Positions 20,864 through 30,276 of a stretch of DNA of 64,000 bases are shown here, one piece after another. The position numbers were made by a program, and so were the translations under genes. Source of the stretch: Candidatus Undinarchaeota archaeon (GTDB lineage: Archaea > SpSt-1190 > JASMDC01); the NCBI GenBank assembly GCA_964519305.1, contig CAZFHY010000007.1, forward strand, positions 1 to 64,000, read 5' to 3'. How positions within the stretch are numbered: position 1 is the stretch's first letter; each line of letters begins with the position of its first letter. Under the pieces are notes generated by a model. That model worked only from the letters and a program-made list of their open reading frames with translations. It made no database searches and was not told the origin of the DNA.

Positions 20864-21493
20864 ATGCACAGGATGAAGACCCTGTACATGCATAAGCAGG
20901 CCGCTGCTAAGATGCTCGAAGAAGCTGATAAAATGCGGCGTAAAGTGCGGTGCGGGATTGTAGTCGGTAAGGAGAGCGAGAACCGGATCATCATATCTGA
21001 TATTATCAATGTACGGAACACTGCCGATCAGTGGCATCATCATCTCATCCCGGAGAAAGAAGGTAATGACCGTGCGATCCAACTGGCCGAGCAACGCGAG
21101 TTGGACGTTGTTGGAGAGTATCATACTCACCGCAAGCTCTGTAAGATAACCACTACTGACCGTGAGCTTCTGAAGAGCAAGAGAAAGGCTCTCTGGTTCA
21201 TTGTTACTCCTGACGCGCTAAAGGCCTTCGATTGTCATGTTATTGGAGAGGAAGTCATGGCGCGCGAGATCCCTATCTACTTCATCTCCAAGAAAGCGGT
21301 ACCTCAGGAAAAGAAGACCGGAGATGCACCGGCCAAGAAGGTGGCACCCAAGAAGAAGAGCGACACCAAGAAGGCATCCTCTACCAAGAAGAGCGATAAA
21401 AAGAAGGCACCATCCACCAAGAAAAGCGATAAAAAGAAGGCACCATCCACCAAGAAGAAACCGACAGAGAAGCAATCGAAGAAGGTAGGATAA
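20864..21493 (+). CDS. JAB/MPN-domain protein with Lys-rich repeat tail
   Basis: CGIVVG, VVGEYHTH..TTTD JAMM-like motif, WFIV; KKSDKKKAPST repeats. Confidence 0.75.
   Translation: MHRMKTLYMHKQAAAKMLEEADKMRRKVRCGIVVGKESENRIIISDIINVRNTADQWHHHLIPEKEGNDRAIQLAEQRELDVVGEYHTHRKLCKITTTDRELLKSKRKALWFIVTPDALKAFDCHVIGEEVMAREIPIYFISKKAVPQEKKTGDAPAKKVAPKKKSDTKKASSTKKSDKKKAPSTKKSDKKKAPSTKKKPTEKQSKKVG
21351..21460 (+). repeat. 33-bp coding tandem repeat (KKSDKKKAPST, about 3 copies)
   Basis: Units 21384-21416 and 21417-21449 differ at one base; a degenerate unit precedes them. Confidence 0.9.
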
Positions 21494-21547
21494 TCGGGTC
21501 GTTGGAACACGACTTTATAAATATTGATAATTATCAAGGTAATGTAC

Positions 21548-21940
21548 ATGTTGCCCGCATCCGGTCCGATTGTTCAGAGTGATGGACTCTTCCTGTTCAC
21601 TCTCACTCTCCTTCTTGGTATGTTCAGCTGGGTAGTAGTTATCGTCTATTACTATCAGGTATGGAAGGAGTACTATGGACGGTACTTCTGGATCACCCTC
21701 GGGGCAGGATGCATGCTCGTGATTCCTGTCTTCGCATATCTCAATATCCTGTACTCGGAGGATCCCTTCCTTGGGACCGTATTTGCATTTCTAGCTCTAG
21801 TATCATACATGCTCGGTGCACTATTCTTCCTCAAGGGCGGATTCGGTATAAAGTCAGATATCGAAGAAGAAAAGGAAGAGAAGGGGAAAGGGGATAAGAA
21901 GAAGCGCGGTGGTGACCGCGATACGGAAGAAGAGGAGTAG
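21548..21940 (+). CDS. Small 3-TM membrane protein with charged tail
   Basis: Three hydrophobic helices, K/E-rich C-terminus, TTTATAAA upstream. Confidence 0.7.
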   Translation: MLPASGPIVQSDGLFLFTLTLLLGMFSWVVVIVYYYQVWKEYYGRYFWITLGAGCMLVIPVFAYLNILYSEDPFLGTVFAFLALVSYMLGALFFLKGGFGIKSDIEEEKEEKGKGDKKKRGGDRDTEEEE

Positions 21941-22014
21941 TAAAGAGTAATGTTTTTATGGGTTCGAAGCCTTAATTATACTGCGAGGGGACCCTCTGGG
22001 GGAAGCTTATCGAG

Positions 22015-22320
22015 ATGAACTATAACGTCCTATTACAGGGCGCCATCGTGGTGCGAGGTGTTGATGGGCAAGAGGAGACCATCAACAAAGCTCTTTCTCT
22101 CACATCGAGGCTTCTGAACAAGAGTGCCAGCTTCGTTGATGTTTCCATTGAGGGCGAACCTGTAATAGTCGCTAATACCGGACTCGTTGCTATGAACTTC
22201 TCTCTTAAGGTGTTCAATGCGATGAGCGAGGACCATGCTGTAAAAATTGCGAAGAAGGTAGTGGGACAGAACCTGCCATCGACACCCTTGGTGCTGAAAG
22301 AGGTCCACGATATCGAGTGA
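22015..22320 (+). CDS. UPF0212/DUF555 family archaeal protein
   Basis: YxVxLxxxIxVRxV...GLVxM..KVFNA.SE.HA..IAK..VG..L...PL pattern. Confidence 0.8.
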   Translation: MNYNVLLQGAIVVRGVDGQEETINKALSLTSRLLNKSASFVDVSIEGEPVIVANTGLVAMNFSLKVFNAMSEDHAVKIAKKVVGQNLPSTPLVLKEVHDIE

Positions 22321-22387
22321 TGACGTGGTGACCTCTTATTGACAAGCAAGCAAGCAATTTATAAAGTACGGTGTACCTGCCAATAGT

Positions 22388-23071
22388 ATGCGGCGTGCAG
22401 TCAGTCTCATCAATCCCGATTCAATCTTCTTCTGGATGAACCAGAGTACCTACAGAACGCTCAGAAACGACTTTGACAGTTTCGCTGAGCGATTGGACCA
22501 AACGGTCACCCTCCTTAGACCCCTCTTCACACACTACTTCGAGGGAAAAGGCATAGAAACGGAGATTGAACAAATAGTCTCGTTAGAAAATGATGTAGAC
22601 CGGCTCTTCAACCGTATCCATGATGACATAAGGTCCTTGGATGATGTTGCCGCCAACGAGAAGGAGGACCTCCTTAGACTACTGTTCAAGATGGAGGAGG
22701 TAGTGGACTACGTAGAGTTCGTTGCTAAGCTACTCAATGTGGGGCGAAATGTATCATTCCCTCCGGATGTCCAAATCAAGATTATGGATATGGTGGATGT
22801 GCTCGCCCAGGCAACCGACACGCTCTACTTGGCGCTCAAGGAGCATGAACAACTTTCGACCATGGAGGAACTCAGTAAGAAGGTCTCTGGTTTCGAGCAT
22901 CGGATAGACGAGCTCTACATTGAGTTCATTGAAGTGCTCTTGTCCCACAAAGAGCTCTCTGTCTCTGATTACACCTTTATCAAGGACATAGGCACCATCC
23001 TTGAGGACATGTCGGACGCCTTGGACGAGGTCGAGGATAACCAGCGTGTGAGCATATTCTCACATGAATAG
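22388..23071 (+). CDS. DUF47 / PhoU-like phosphate transport regulator
   Basis: Duplicated helical repeats LENDVD / FEHRID, EDLL, LEDMSD. Confidence 0.8.
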   Translation: MRRAVSLINPDSIFFWMNQSTYRTLRNDFDSFAERLDQTVTLLRPLFTHYFEGKGIETEIEQIVSLENDVDRLFNRIHDDIRSLDDVAANEKEDLLRLLFKMEEVVDYVEFVAKLLNVGRNVSFPPDVQIKIMDMVDVLAQATDTLYLALKEHEQLSTMEELSKKVSGFEHRIDELYIEFIEVLLSHKELSVSDYTFIKDIGTILEDMSDALDEVEDNQRVSIFSHE

Positions 23072-23079
23072 AGCTCCGC

Positions 23080-24645
23080 TTAATCCACAGAATGGAATAC
23101 GGGATCAGAGTCACGTTCAAGGAGAATGTGGCACTTCCATCGTTCATCATTGCGTTCTGGAAGCTCCTTGAGATAGTGTACACCTCTGCTCTCTCGTCTT
23201 ATCATAGCAGCGGTCGTGATAAGACTTGCAGCATCCAGCATGTTCCTCAGTTCAAGGAGAGGTACGTTCACACCCTCTTCCAGCAAAGATTGCACACGTT
23301 CGTGTAAAACGTTCAGTGTCCGTATCGTTCTTTTCATACCGGGTACGGACCTCACGATACCGACGTTCCGCCACATCATGGAGCGGACACTTCGACGGAT
23401 CCGTGATACGTCCGTTCGTTTTGGGGTGATTGGTAGCTCGGAGATCTCATGTTCGGGAGATGGGTTCCTGCGCAGGTCCTCGGTAACGACACTCGCCGCA
23501 CGAGCGCTATAGACCAGGCATTCAAGGAGGGAGTTCGATGCAAGCCGGTTGGCACCATGTACACCTGTGCACGCGGTCTCGCCCAGGGCATAGAGCCCTT
23601 TGATTGAAGTCCGACCCTGATCGTCGACACGTACACCCCCACAGCAGTAATGCGCGGCTGGTGAGACGGGTATCGGCTCCCGGTCCATTCGTACTCCATA
23701 CCACCATAATTGGTCGAAGATTGATGCAAAGCGTTCCTTGATGAACCTCGAGGAACGTCTAGTAATATCGAGGTGGACGGGGCCGGACACACGTTCAGCA
23801 AGTATGGCACGTGCAACAACATCTCGTGGAGCGAGCTCTTTGGAGGGATGGTACCTGTGCATGAAACGCTCACCTTCGGAATTTATGAGCAGTCCTCCCT
23901 CACCACGGACGGCTTCTGATATGAGGAAGTGGGGTTTGTACCTTTTGTCAAGTGTCGTTGGATGGAACTGGACGAACTCCATATCCTGCATAACCGCACC
24001 AGCGCGGTACGCTATGCCAATGCCGTCCCCGGTCGCAATGCGTGGATTCGTGGTGTTTGCATAGATCTGACCGAGACCGCCTGTCGCGAGCACGACCGCC
24101 TTTGCCATAAAATTTTCTGTACTTCCGTTCTCCCTATCGAGACAAATGACGCCAACACAGCGACCCCTATCAACGATAAGGTCAACCGCGACCATCGACT
24201 CGAAAGCAGTTACGTTCTCCGTCATCCGCTCATTGAACACGAGTGCCCTTTCAACGGCTTTTCCAGTTGCATCACCCGCAAATACTATGCGGCGAGCGGA
24301 ATGACCGCCTTCCATACCGAGGGAGAGATGACCATGGTCCCGATTGAAGCCCACACCCATCTCGATAAGCCTTTGTACATGGGCCGGTCCCTCCTCGACA
24401 AGGCGATTGACGTTCGATACGTCGCAGAGACCGGCACCCGCTTCAAGGGTATCCTTGATGTGCAGATCAGGACTGTCTGTAGCCTGGTCTATTACCGCAG
24501 CGATCCCACCCTGCGCGTAGTTGGTGTTGCACTCCATCAGTTCCTTCTTGGTAATGATCCCTATGGAGGCATGCTCTGCGGCTTGAAGTGAGAAGTACAG
24601 GCCTGCCACACCCGAACCGATCACTACGATGTCGAATTCTTTCAT
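23080..24645 (-). CDS. nadB: L-aspartate oxidase
   Basis: GSGVAG, YAQGGIA, EGGHS, QFHPT, SEAVRGEG, HGANRLASNSL, RESRG. Confidence 0.95.
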   Translation of the reverse strand: MKEFDIVVIGSGVAGLYFSLQAAEHASIGIITKKELMECNTNYAQGGIAAVIDQATDSPDLHIKDTLEAGAGLCDVSNVNRLVEEGPAHVQRLIEMGVGFNRDHGHLSLGMEGGHSARRIVFAGDATGKAVERALVFNERMTENVTAFESMVAVDLIVDRGRCVGVICLDRENGSTENFMAKAVVLATGGLGQIYANTTNPRIATGDGIGIAYRAGAVMQDMEFVQFHPTTLDKRYKPHFLISEAVRGEGGLLINSEGERFMHRYHPSKELAPRDVVARAILAERVSGPVHLDITRRSSRFIKERFASIFDQLWWYGVRMDREPIPVSPAAHYCCGGVRVDDQGRTSIKGLYALGETACTGVHGANRLASNSLLECLVYSARAASVVTEDLRRNPSPEHEISELPITPKRTDVSRIRRSVRSMMWRNVGIVRSVPGMKRTIRTLNVLHERVQSLLEEGVNVPLLELRNMLDAASLITTAAMIRRESRGVHYLKELPERNDERWKCHILLERDSDPVFHSVD

Positions 24646-25613
24646 TCATCACAGCCCTTGTTCAGCTGATGTATGTCAAGGGCTCTTGGTGAGTGCGTGA
24701 GAGCGCCCATGGAGACCACGTCGACACCGGTGGCGGCATGTTCAAGGAGGTTGGACTCGGTGATATTGCCGCTCCCCTCGAGCAGGATGCTATCCTTTAG
24801 ACCTTCGTGCTCTAGTTCGTTGATGATTGCAGTCGACTCGGCAGGTGAGAAATTGTCCAACATGAGCACACAAGGTATGGTTTGGGCGCCATCTTGCAGC
24901 GAATCGAAACACTTCGCGGCATCCAAAACCTCTTTCCTGCAAGTAGTCTCGATCTCTATGAAGCGTACCTGCTCACGTGCTTCCCATGCGCGGTGTAGAG
25001 CTTCTTTGATGGGATCATGGACACCCATGGATACCAGTTCCGCAAGGTGGTTCTCCTTGATGAGGATCGCGTCATCGAGTCCGAGACGATGGCTCACCCC
25101 GCCACCCATGACCACAGCGCGCTTGTCGAGCATAGGCCATGGCGTCTTCCTTGTAGCAGCGATCGCGCAGTCGATACCGGCCCCCTTAATCAAATCTATG
25201 AGGTGTGCAGTACGTGTCGCGATACCGGACATGCGTTGAACTAGGTTGAGGTGCGTTCGCTCTGTCCGCAGGAGGAGCTCAGCGGGGCCTTCGAGAGACA
25301 TCAAGGTGTCTCCCGGATCGACACGCTCTCCATCATCGATAAGGACATCCACGGCAACATCTAGCTTGCGAAGGAACCACGACGCTTCGCGGATCCCCGC
25401 CACAACCCCTTTTCCTTGTGATGCGACGAGAGCCCTTCCGGTCCGAGCGATGCCTCCGAGCACGCTATGGACTGTGATGTCCCCATCACCGATATCGGAT
25501 TCATATGTATCGAACGTGAAAATACGGGACCAGCGCTCGTAGGCGGGATTATCAAATGAGAGGTCTTTTTTCGCGTTGAATGCCCTCATGAACAGGTCGC
25601 GTCGTTCGGACAT
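24642..25613 (-). CDS. nadC: Quinolinate phosphoribosyltransferase
   Basis: ED/GDIT-like motif, ERTxLN, SGIAT, TRKT, HRLGLDDAILIKENH, MLDN, GVDVVSMGALTHS. Confidence 0.93.
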   Translation of the reverse strand: MSERRDLFMRAFNAKKDLSFDNPAYERWSRIFTFDTYESDIGDGDITVHSVLGGIARTGRALVASQGKGVVAGIREASWFLRKLDVAVDVLIDDGERVDPGDTLMSLEGPAELLLRTERTHLNLVQRMSGIATRTAHLIDLIKGAGIDCAIAATRKTPWPMLDKRAVVMGGGVSHRLGLDDAILIKENHLAELVSMGVHDPIKEALHRAWEAREQVRFIEIETTCRKEVLDAAKCFDSLQDGAQTIPCVLMLDNFSPAESTAIINELEHEGLKDSILLEGSGNITESNLLEHAATGVDVVSMGALTHSPRALDIHQLNKGCDE

Positions 25614-25617
25614 GGAT

Positions 25618-26544
25618 TCATCCCACCTGCAGCATACGCTCAAGGGACCTGCGCGCTCCGTCTGCCACGTCCGTCGGAACGATAACTTGGTATTGCATCG
25701 TACTAAGTGCCTCATACACTTTCTCGAGTGAATTCTGTTTCATCTGAGTGCATATACCACCAACAGCGTAGTAACGTCGGTCGGGCTTCTCGAGCTGGAG
25801 ACGGTTAACCATCCCTTGCTCGGTCACGATGATGAACTCAGATGATTCGGAATCACGGACATATCGCAGCATACCGCTCGTGCTCTCCACAGAGTCCGCG
25901 TGTGCCCAAACGGCAGGAGGACATTCAGGGTGTACAAGCACAGGTGCATTGGGATGAAGGGATCGCGCTCTTCTGACCTCCTCCTCTTGGATTCGATTGT
26001 GGACGTAACAATGGCCAGACCAGGGGATGATCCGTTTAGAGCTCTGCGTAGCTGTATAGGCCGCAAGGTTACAGTCCGGAAGGAGGATCGCTTCTTCCTC
26101 ATCGAGCGACTCGACCACTCTGACCGCATTTGCAGATGTACAACAGATGTCGCTGGCTGCCTTTACCGCTGCTGAGGTGTTCACGTATGCCACGACAGCT
26201 GCGTCGCTGTGGGAGGACCGCATCCGCTCCACCTCGGAGGCAGTGGCCATTGCGGCCATGGGACAGCGTGCATGTCGTTCAGGGATGAGCACGGTCCGCT
26301 CCGGATTGAGCACAGCAGCTGATTCTGCCATGAAATCGACCCCACAGAACACTATCGTTTCGGCCTTGGTCCGCTGGGCGATACGACATAGCTCGAGCGA
26401 GTCCCCGATGTGATCGGAGATCTGATAGATCTCGATGGGTTGGTAGTTATGAACGAGTATGATGGCGTTCTTCTCATCTTTCAGAAGATTGATCTTGTCA
26501 ATGGTCTCCGAATCCGTGGTGACCGTCTTAGGCATCTCAAGCAC
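25618..26544 (-). CDS. nadA: Quinolinate synthase
   Basis: LVHNYQ, GDSL, FCGVDFMAE, CPMA, YVNT, HPEC, CTQMK. Confidence 0.95.
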   Translation of the reverse strand: MLEMPKTVTTDSETIDKINLLKDEKNAIILVHNYQPIEIYQISDHIGDSLELCRIAQRTKAETIVFCGVDFMAESAAVLNPERTVLIPERHARCPMAAMATASEVERMRSSHSDAAVVAYVNTSAAVKAASDICCTSANAVRVVESLDEEEAILLPDCNLAAYTATQSSKRIIPWSGHCYVHNRIQEEEVRRARSLHPNAPVLVHPECPPAVWAHADSVESTSGMLRYVRDSESSEFIIVTEQGMVNRLQLEKPDRRYYAVGGICTQMKQNSLEKVYEALSTMQYQVIVPTDVADGARRSLERMLQVG

Positions 26545-26588
26545 ATCCTAATAGTGTATGTGCTCTCCCATAGACCTTGTCAGGGAGG

Positions 26589-26969
26589 TCACTTACTGCT
26601 CTTTCCAGCGAGCACGGCGGAGGCGTCTTCGACCTCTTTTGCACTCTTGGCGATCTGAACGAGGCCGTCAACGAGTTCGCGTTCAGTGTACTCCCATACT
26701 TGCAGCATGAAGGAGAATCCAAGAGCTATGGACGATAGGATCGTTAATCTGAACACGAGGTTGATAGCGAATCCTGTAGCGTTCATCGTGGAACTGAAGT
26801 GGCCCATGTCCAACGACGTGATGGTCGGTACATAACCCGCGACTACCACTAAGGATATGATAAGGATGGCGATCACTGAGAATGTGTAAACCATGGAGAA
26901 CTGCATCTCCTTGCTCTCATCGATTATGACGTGGCGTTTCTTCCGATAGATGATGCCGAAGATTCCCAT
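26589..26969 (-). CDS. Small 2-TM membrane protein (paralog of 4434..5140 pair)
   Basis: LGFSFMLQVWEYTERELVDGLVQIA aligns with LGFASLLQIMENVETELVDGLLAIA. Confidence 0.75.
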   Translation of the reverse strand: MGIFGIIYRKKRHVIIDESKEMQFSMVYTFSVIAILIISLVVVAGYVPTITSLDMGHFSSTMNATGFAINLVFRLTILSSIALGFSFMLQVWEYTERELVDGLVQIAKSAKEVEDASAVLAGKSSK

Positions 26970-27173
26970 TGTATCCCCGTGTCCTTTGATTGGTTCGCAG
27001 TAGAGTCTTAAAAAGACAATCTGGAATCGTGATACACATTATCAGACCCGTCGAGTATGATCTATGGACCGACCTCATTATTATGGAATTTATCAGGTAC
27101 AGACCTGAGGACGTTCCTTCATCCTGTCCGTAAGGTCGCCTTCCATCACGAGGGAACACGTGGTATCTAGATC

Positions 27174-27194
27174 CCGACTTATGGATAGAGTCGG
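27174..27194 (-). terminator. Hairpin just downstream of the htpX-like gene
   Basis: CCGACT..AGTCGG inverted repeat a few bases after the stop codon. Confidence 0.3.
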
Positions 27195-27200
27195 CACATC

Positions 27201-28805
27201 CTAAAGCACCACGAGCGCGACAAGTGCAATTAACGCACCTGTAATCATGCGACCCGTATAGGTGTATACGTTAGCAGATTCGCTAGCCCCTTCGATCTTG
27301 AGGAGTTCTATATAGGGTTGCGGGGCTCTGCGATACCAACCGGTAACCGTCACTTTCCTGTTGACGAAAGCGTTCGCACGACCGAGACCGAACATGAAAT
27401 CGAGGATATGGAACGGTTGGTGGTAGTCGAGGAATATGAATCCCGTACTGTCCTGGAGCACGAGGTCCTCAGATGCCACGTATCCAGGGATGCCACGGCC
27501 GATGATGCGTCCCTTGACGGTAACAGGACGTCCGATGACGGGTGATGCGTACTCATCGTACACGAGGTCCTCCACCGAGGCCGGATCGAATCCATCGGGA
27601 TAGGAGAGACGGGTCTTTACCAAGTAACCTAGGGCAAAGCCAAGCACTGCAAGTTTGAGGAGACCCATGGGTGGTGTCAGTGAACCGTAGAGTACCGCTG
27701 CCGGGATACCGATGAGACATAATATGTGCAACTGTCCTATGGCAATCTCGTACAGGAAGCGGTACCATCGATCGCTGAATGAGCTGGATGAGAGATTGTC
27801 CAGAGATTCGAAGTAATCGAAATCGTAAGTGCTGCCCATACCTCTCTCCTTTGCCGCTTCCTCCATGGCCTTCACACGTCGCGCGGTGAGCGGATGTGTC
27901 GAGAAGAGCTCGAAATAGCGACCCCAGGGATTGACAAGGTCCCAACGCATGGCTTTGAGAGCATCCATCCATGACACGGCACCAACGCCCTTTGCTGATG
28001 CGGCCAGCGCCCTAGCATAGGTATGGTCCGCAAGACCGAGTGCCCGTCCGGCCTCGATACGGAAGCTGCCTGCATCATCCTCGGTTCCCACAAGACCATA
28101 GGAGATCTTGATAAGGGCCGATGCGAGCGCATCGGGATTGTGCGTCTGCTCTGCCGAGAAATCATCCGCATAGAATTCCCGGACACGACTCAGGAAGAGC
28201 GCGAGGTACTGGCTGAGAACGTACACGATGTAGGACACCGCGGCGATGGCTAGGAAGTAGGGGGCGCCCCTGTTCTCCCTGCTGTCTCCGCGTCCACGGG
28301 CCATATAGAGCGAGTGGCGGAAAATGATGTAGAGTATGATCGGTATGGTGGAGGCGATCATCATGACCACGAAGTCGTTGTGAGCGATGTGCCCTAGCTC
28401 GTGGGCGACCACAGCAGTGATCTCCTTATCGTCCAGCATGTCCAACAGGCCTCGGGTCATAACAAGGTGGGCGTCGCCTTTGTGACGACCGAACACGAAC
28501 GCATTGGGATTACCGTCCTCGATGATCCCGATCGCAGGCACGGGCATACCCTGTTCTTCACAGGTCCGCTCGACGAACTTGGCGAGATCAGGATCGAGAC
28601 CTTCCAGCCCTACCCAACGTATGTGGTACACCCATTTGAGGAAGATAGGTCCAAGGTACCACTGGAGCAGAATGATCACCAACGCCCCTCCCACAGCGAA
28701 TCCGATACCGAGTCCGTAGATCTCGACGAAGACCATGAGAACGGCGAACAGGAGCCCGAACATCATGGATAGGACCATGACTGAGCGCTCACGTAGACCC
28801 ATCAT
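27201..28805 (-). CDS. htpX: M48 zinc metalloprotease HtpX-like with C-terminal extension
   Basis: PNAF, AHELGH, SRVREFYAD, LASALIKI, FSTHP; additional TM and OB-like C-domain. Confidence 0.85.
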   Translation of the reverse strand: MMGLRERSVMVLSMMFGLLFAVLMVFVEIYGLGIGFAVGGALVIILLQWYLGPIFLKWVYHIRWVGLEGLDPDLAKFVERTCEEQGMPVPAIGIIEDGNPNAFVFGRHKGDAHLVMTRGLLDMLDDKEITAVVAHELGHIAHNDFVVMMIASTIPIILYIIFRHSLYMARGRGDSRENRGAPYFLAIAAVSYIVYVLSQYLALFLSRVREFYADDFSAEQTHNPDALASALIKISYGLVGTEDDAGSFRIEAGRALGLADHTYARALAASAKGVGAVSWMDALKAMRWDLVNPWGRYFELFSTHPLTARRVKAMEEAAKERGMGSTYDFDYFESLDNLSSSSFSDRWYRFLYEIAIGQLHILCLIGIPAAVLYGSLTPPMGLLKLAVLGFALGYLVKTRLSYPDGFDPASVEDLVYDEYASPVIGRPVTVKGRIIGRGIPGYVASEDLVLQDSTGFIFLDYHQPFHILDFMFGLGRANAFVNRKVTVTGWYRRAPQPYIELLKIEGASESANVYTYTGRMITGALIALVALVVL

Positions 28806-28912
28806 ACATCACCTATTGACGAATGGGGGGTGGAAGAAGGTTAAAAAAGTACCGGGAAACTGATCCTGCGACAGAAGGGGCCTGTTCTCCTGATCCTGTC
28901 ATTGATGGCCGA

Positions 28913-29968
28913 TCACTTTGGAGTAACTGTATCCTTGAGCTCGATCATATCTCGTTCTAGAAGTCTGACCTCCTTCTTCTCAAGGGCGCCAGGATCGAGG
29001 CCGACGATTAAGGTGGATTCGCTCATCATAACCTTGTCGTTGATGAACCCAATGTACTTCAGCACGTCCTGGAAGGTGTTGAGACTGATGAGGTACTCGA
29101 TCCCATCGAGGAGGACAACTCCATTCTCGGCCTTCTTCAGGAAGGAGGATACCAACGAGAGCAGGTTAACAAGCGCCGTAGGCTCGAGGCTCTTGACCTT
29201 CGGGTCCTTTATGTTGCTGAGCCAGATGATAGGTGTCGTCTTGAGGTTCCACGATTCGCGTATCTTAGATGGATGGATGCGGGTAATGCACAGACCTTCA
29301 GCACCCTTGGCCACGTGTCGCGCGAATTCCCTGAATGACCGTACGGGCTTTCGTTCTTCGACATAATAGACAGTCTTATGGTTAAGAGTGACCGATGTCT
29401 CAGGAATATCAGTGGAAGGCTTAATTGTCTCGGTGACAGGATTCACATCGATTTCGTGATAATACATTGTCAGCGGGCGAAGGGCGTTCCGGTCGCCGGA
29501 GGTGACGTACCGCTCAGCGGGGGTGGATACACCGAGCATGTCCCTGAGGGCATCGAGCTCCTTGCTCATCCGCCGATGGTCCGTGATATCCTCGACAACG
29601 GCGACGAGTGCCTTACGTCCCCCTCTGAGCCGGTTCTCTGAGTGACGGATGCGATAGTATCGTCCGTCAGATCCGGGGCACTCGATAACATCATCGCCCT
29701 TTTCCAGGTCCATTGGACGGTCGGGATGAGGTACGCCGAGAGCATGGTAGAGCTCATAGCACTTCTTTCCTCGGAGCTCTCCGAAGCGCTCCTGCAGGAA
29801 CGTGTTCATGTAGATTATGACCTGGTCCGGATCGATGACAGTTACTCCGAGAGGGAGGGCATCGATAAAGCGACGGAGAATGTCCTGTCGCTTAATGACC
29901 TTCTTACCGGGTCCACCTGTAGGTCCCCCTTTCGGGAGTATCGCTTTCGGAATCTTGTCGATGGTCAC
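28913..29968 (-). CDS. PAS + DUF835 (inactive KaiC-like) domain protein
   Basis: GVTVID..IIYMN..GKKCYE PAS pattern; GLCITRIHP, IIWLS, VLLDGIEYL..N.F DUF835 pattern. Confidence 0.85.
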   Translation of the reverse strand: MTIDKIPKAILPKGGPTGGPGKKVIKRQDILRRFIDALPLGVTVIDPDQVIIYMNTFLQERFGELRGKKCYELYHALGVPHPDRPMDLEKGDDVIECPGSDGRYYRIRHSENRLRGGRKALVAVVEDITDHRRMSKELDALRDMLGVSTPAERYVTSGDRNALRPLTMYYHEIDVNPVTETIKPSTDIPETSVTLNHKTVYYVEERKPVRSFREFARHVAKGAEGLCITRIHPSKIRESWNLKTTPIIWLSNIKDPKVKSLEPTALVNLLSLVSSFLKKAENGVVLLDGIEYLISLNTFQDVLKYIGFINDKVMMSESTLIVGLDPGALEKKEVRLLERDMIELKDTVTPK

Positions 29969-30000
29969 GGATGATCACAAGGGCTCATGGTGAATCCTGT

Positions 30001-30276
30001 TCAGGAGAACAGGGAATCGTACTTGCCCTCTGAGATCTCGCGCTGAGCCTCACGTGGGTCCTTCCCTTCGACAGTGATACCCATGGTCAAGGCCGTCCCG
30101 ATAATCTCCTTTGTTGCGCCCTTGAGATCGATGGCGAGCAAGGCGGAGGTCTTCTCCTTCGCTATTTCGAGGGCCTGTTGCACACTCATGTCGCCAGCGG
30201 TCTGGTTCTTGTGGTCGCCGGCACCCTTCTGGATGCCTATCTTCTTTTTGATGAGTTCACTAGTCTTAGTCGTCAT
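30001..30276 (-). CDS. rpl11: 50S ribosomal protein uL11, C-terminal rRNA-binding domain only (91 aa)
   Basis: TSELIKK.IG..KG.G, KEIIGTALTMGITVEGKDP, EGKYD; GGAGG 9 nt before ATG 30276; syntenic after spt5. Confidence 0.88.
   Translation of the reverse strand: MTTKTSELIKKKIGIQKGAGDHKNQTAGDMSVQQALEIAKEKTSALLAIDLKGATKEIIGTALTMGITVEGKDPREAQREISEGKYDSLFS

Noticed and set aside
21349-21460. CRISPR-like repeats
   Set aside because: Head-to-tail coding repeats with no spacers and no cas genes
27090-27152. Possible minus-strand C/D box sRNA
   Set aside because: Degenerate boxes, an over-long second guide, and no recognisable target
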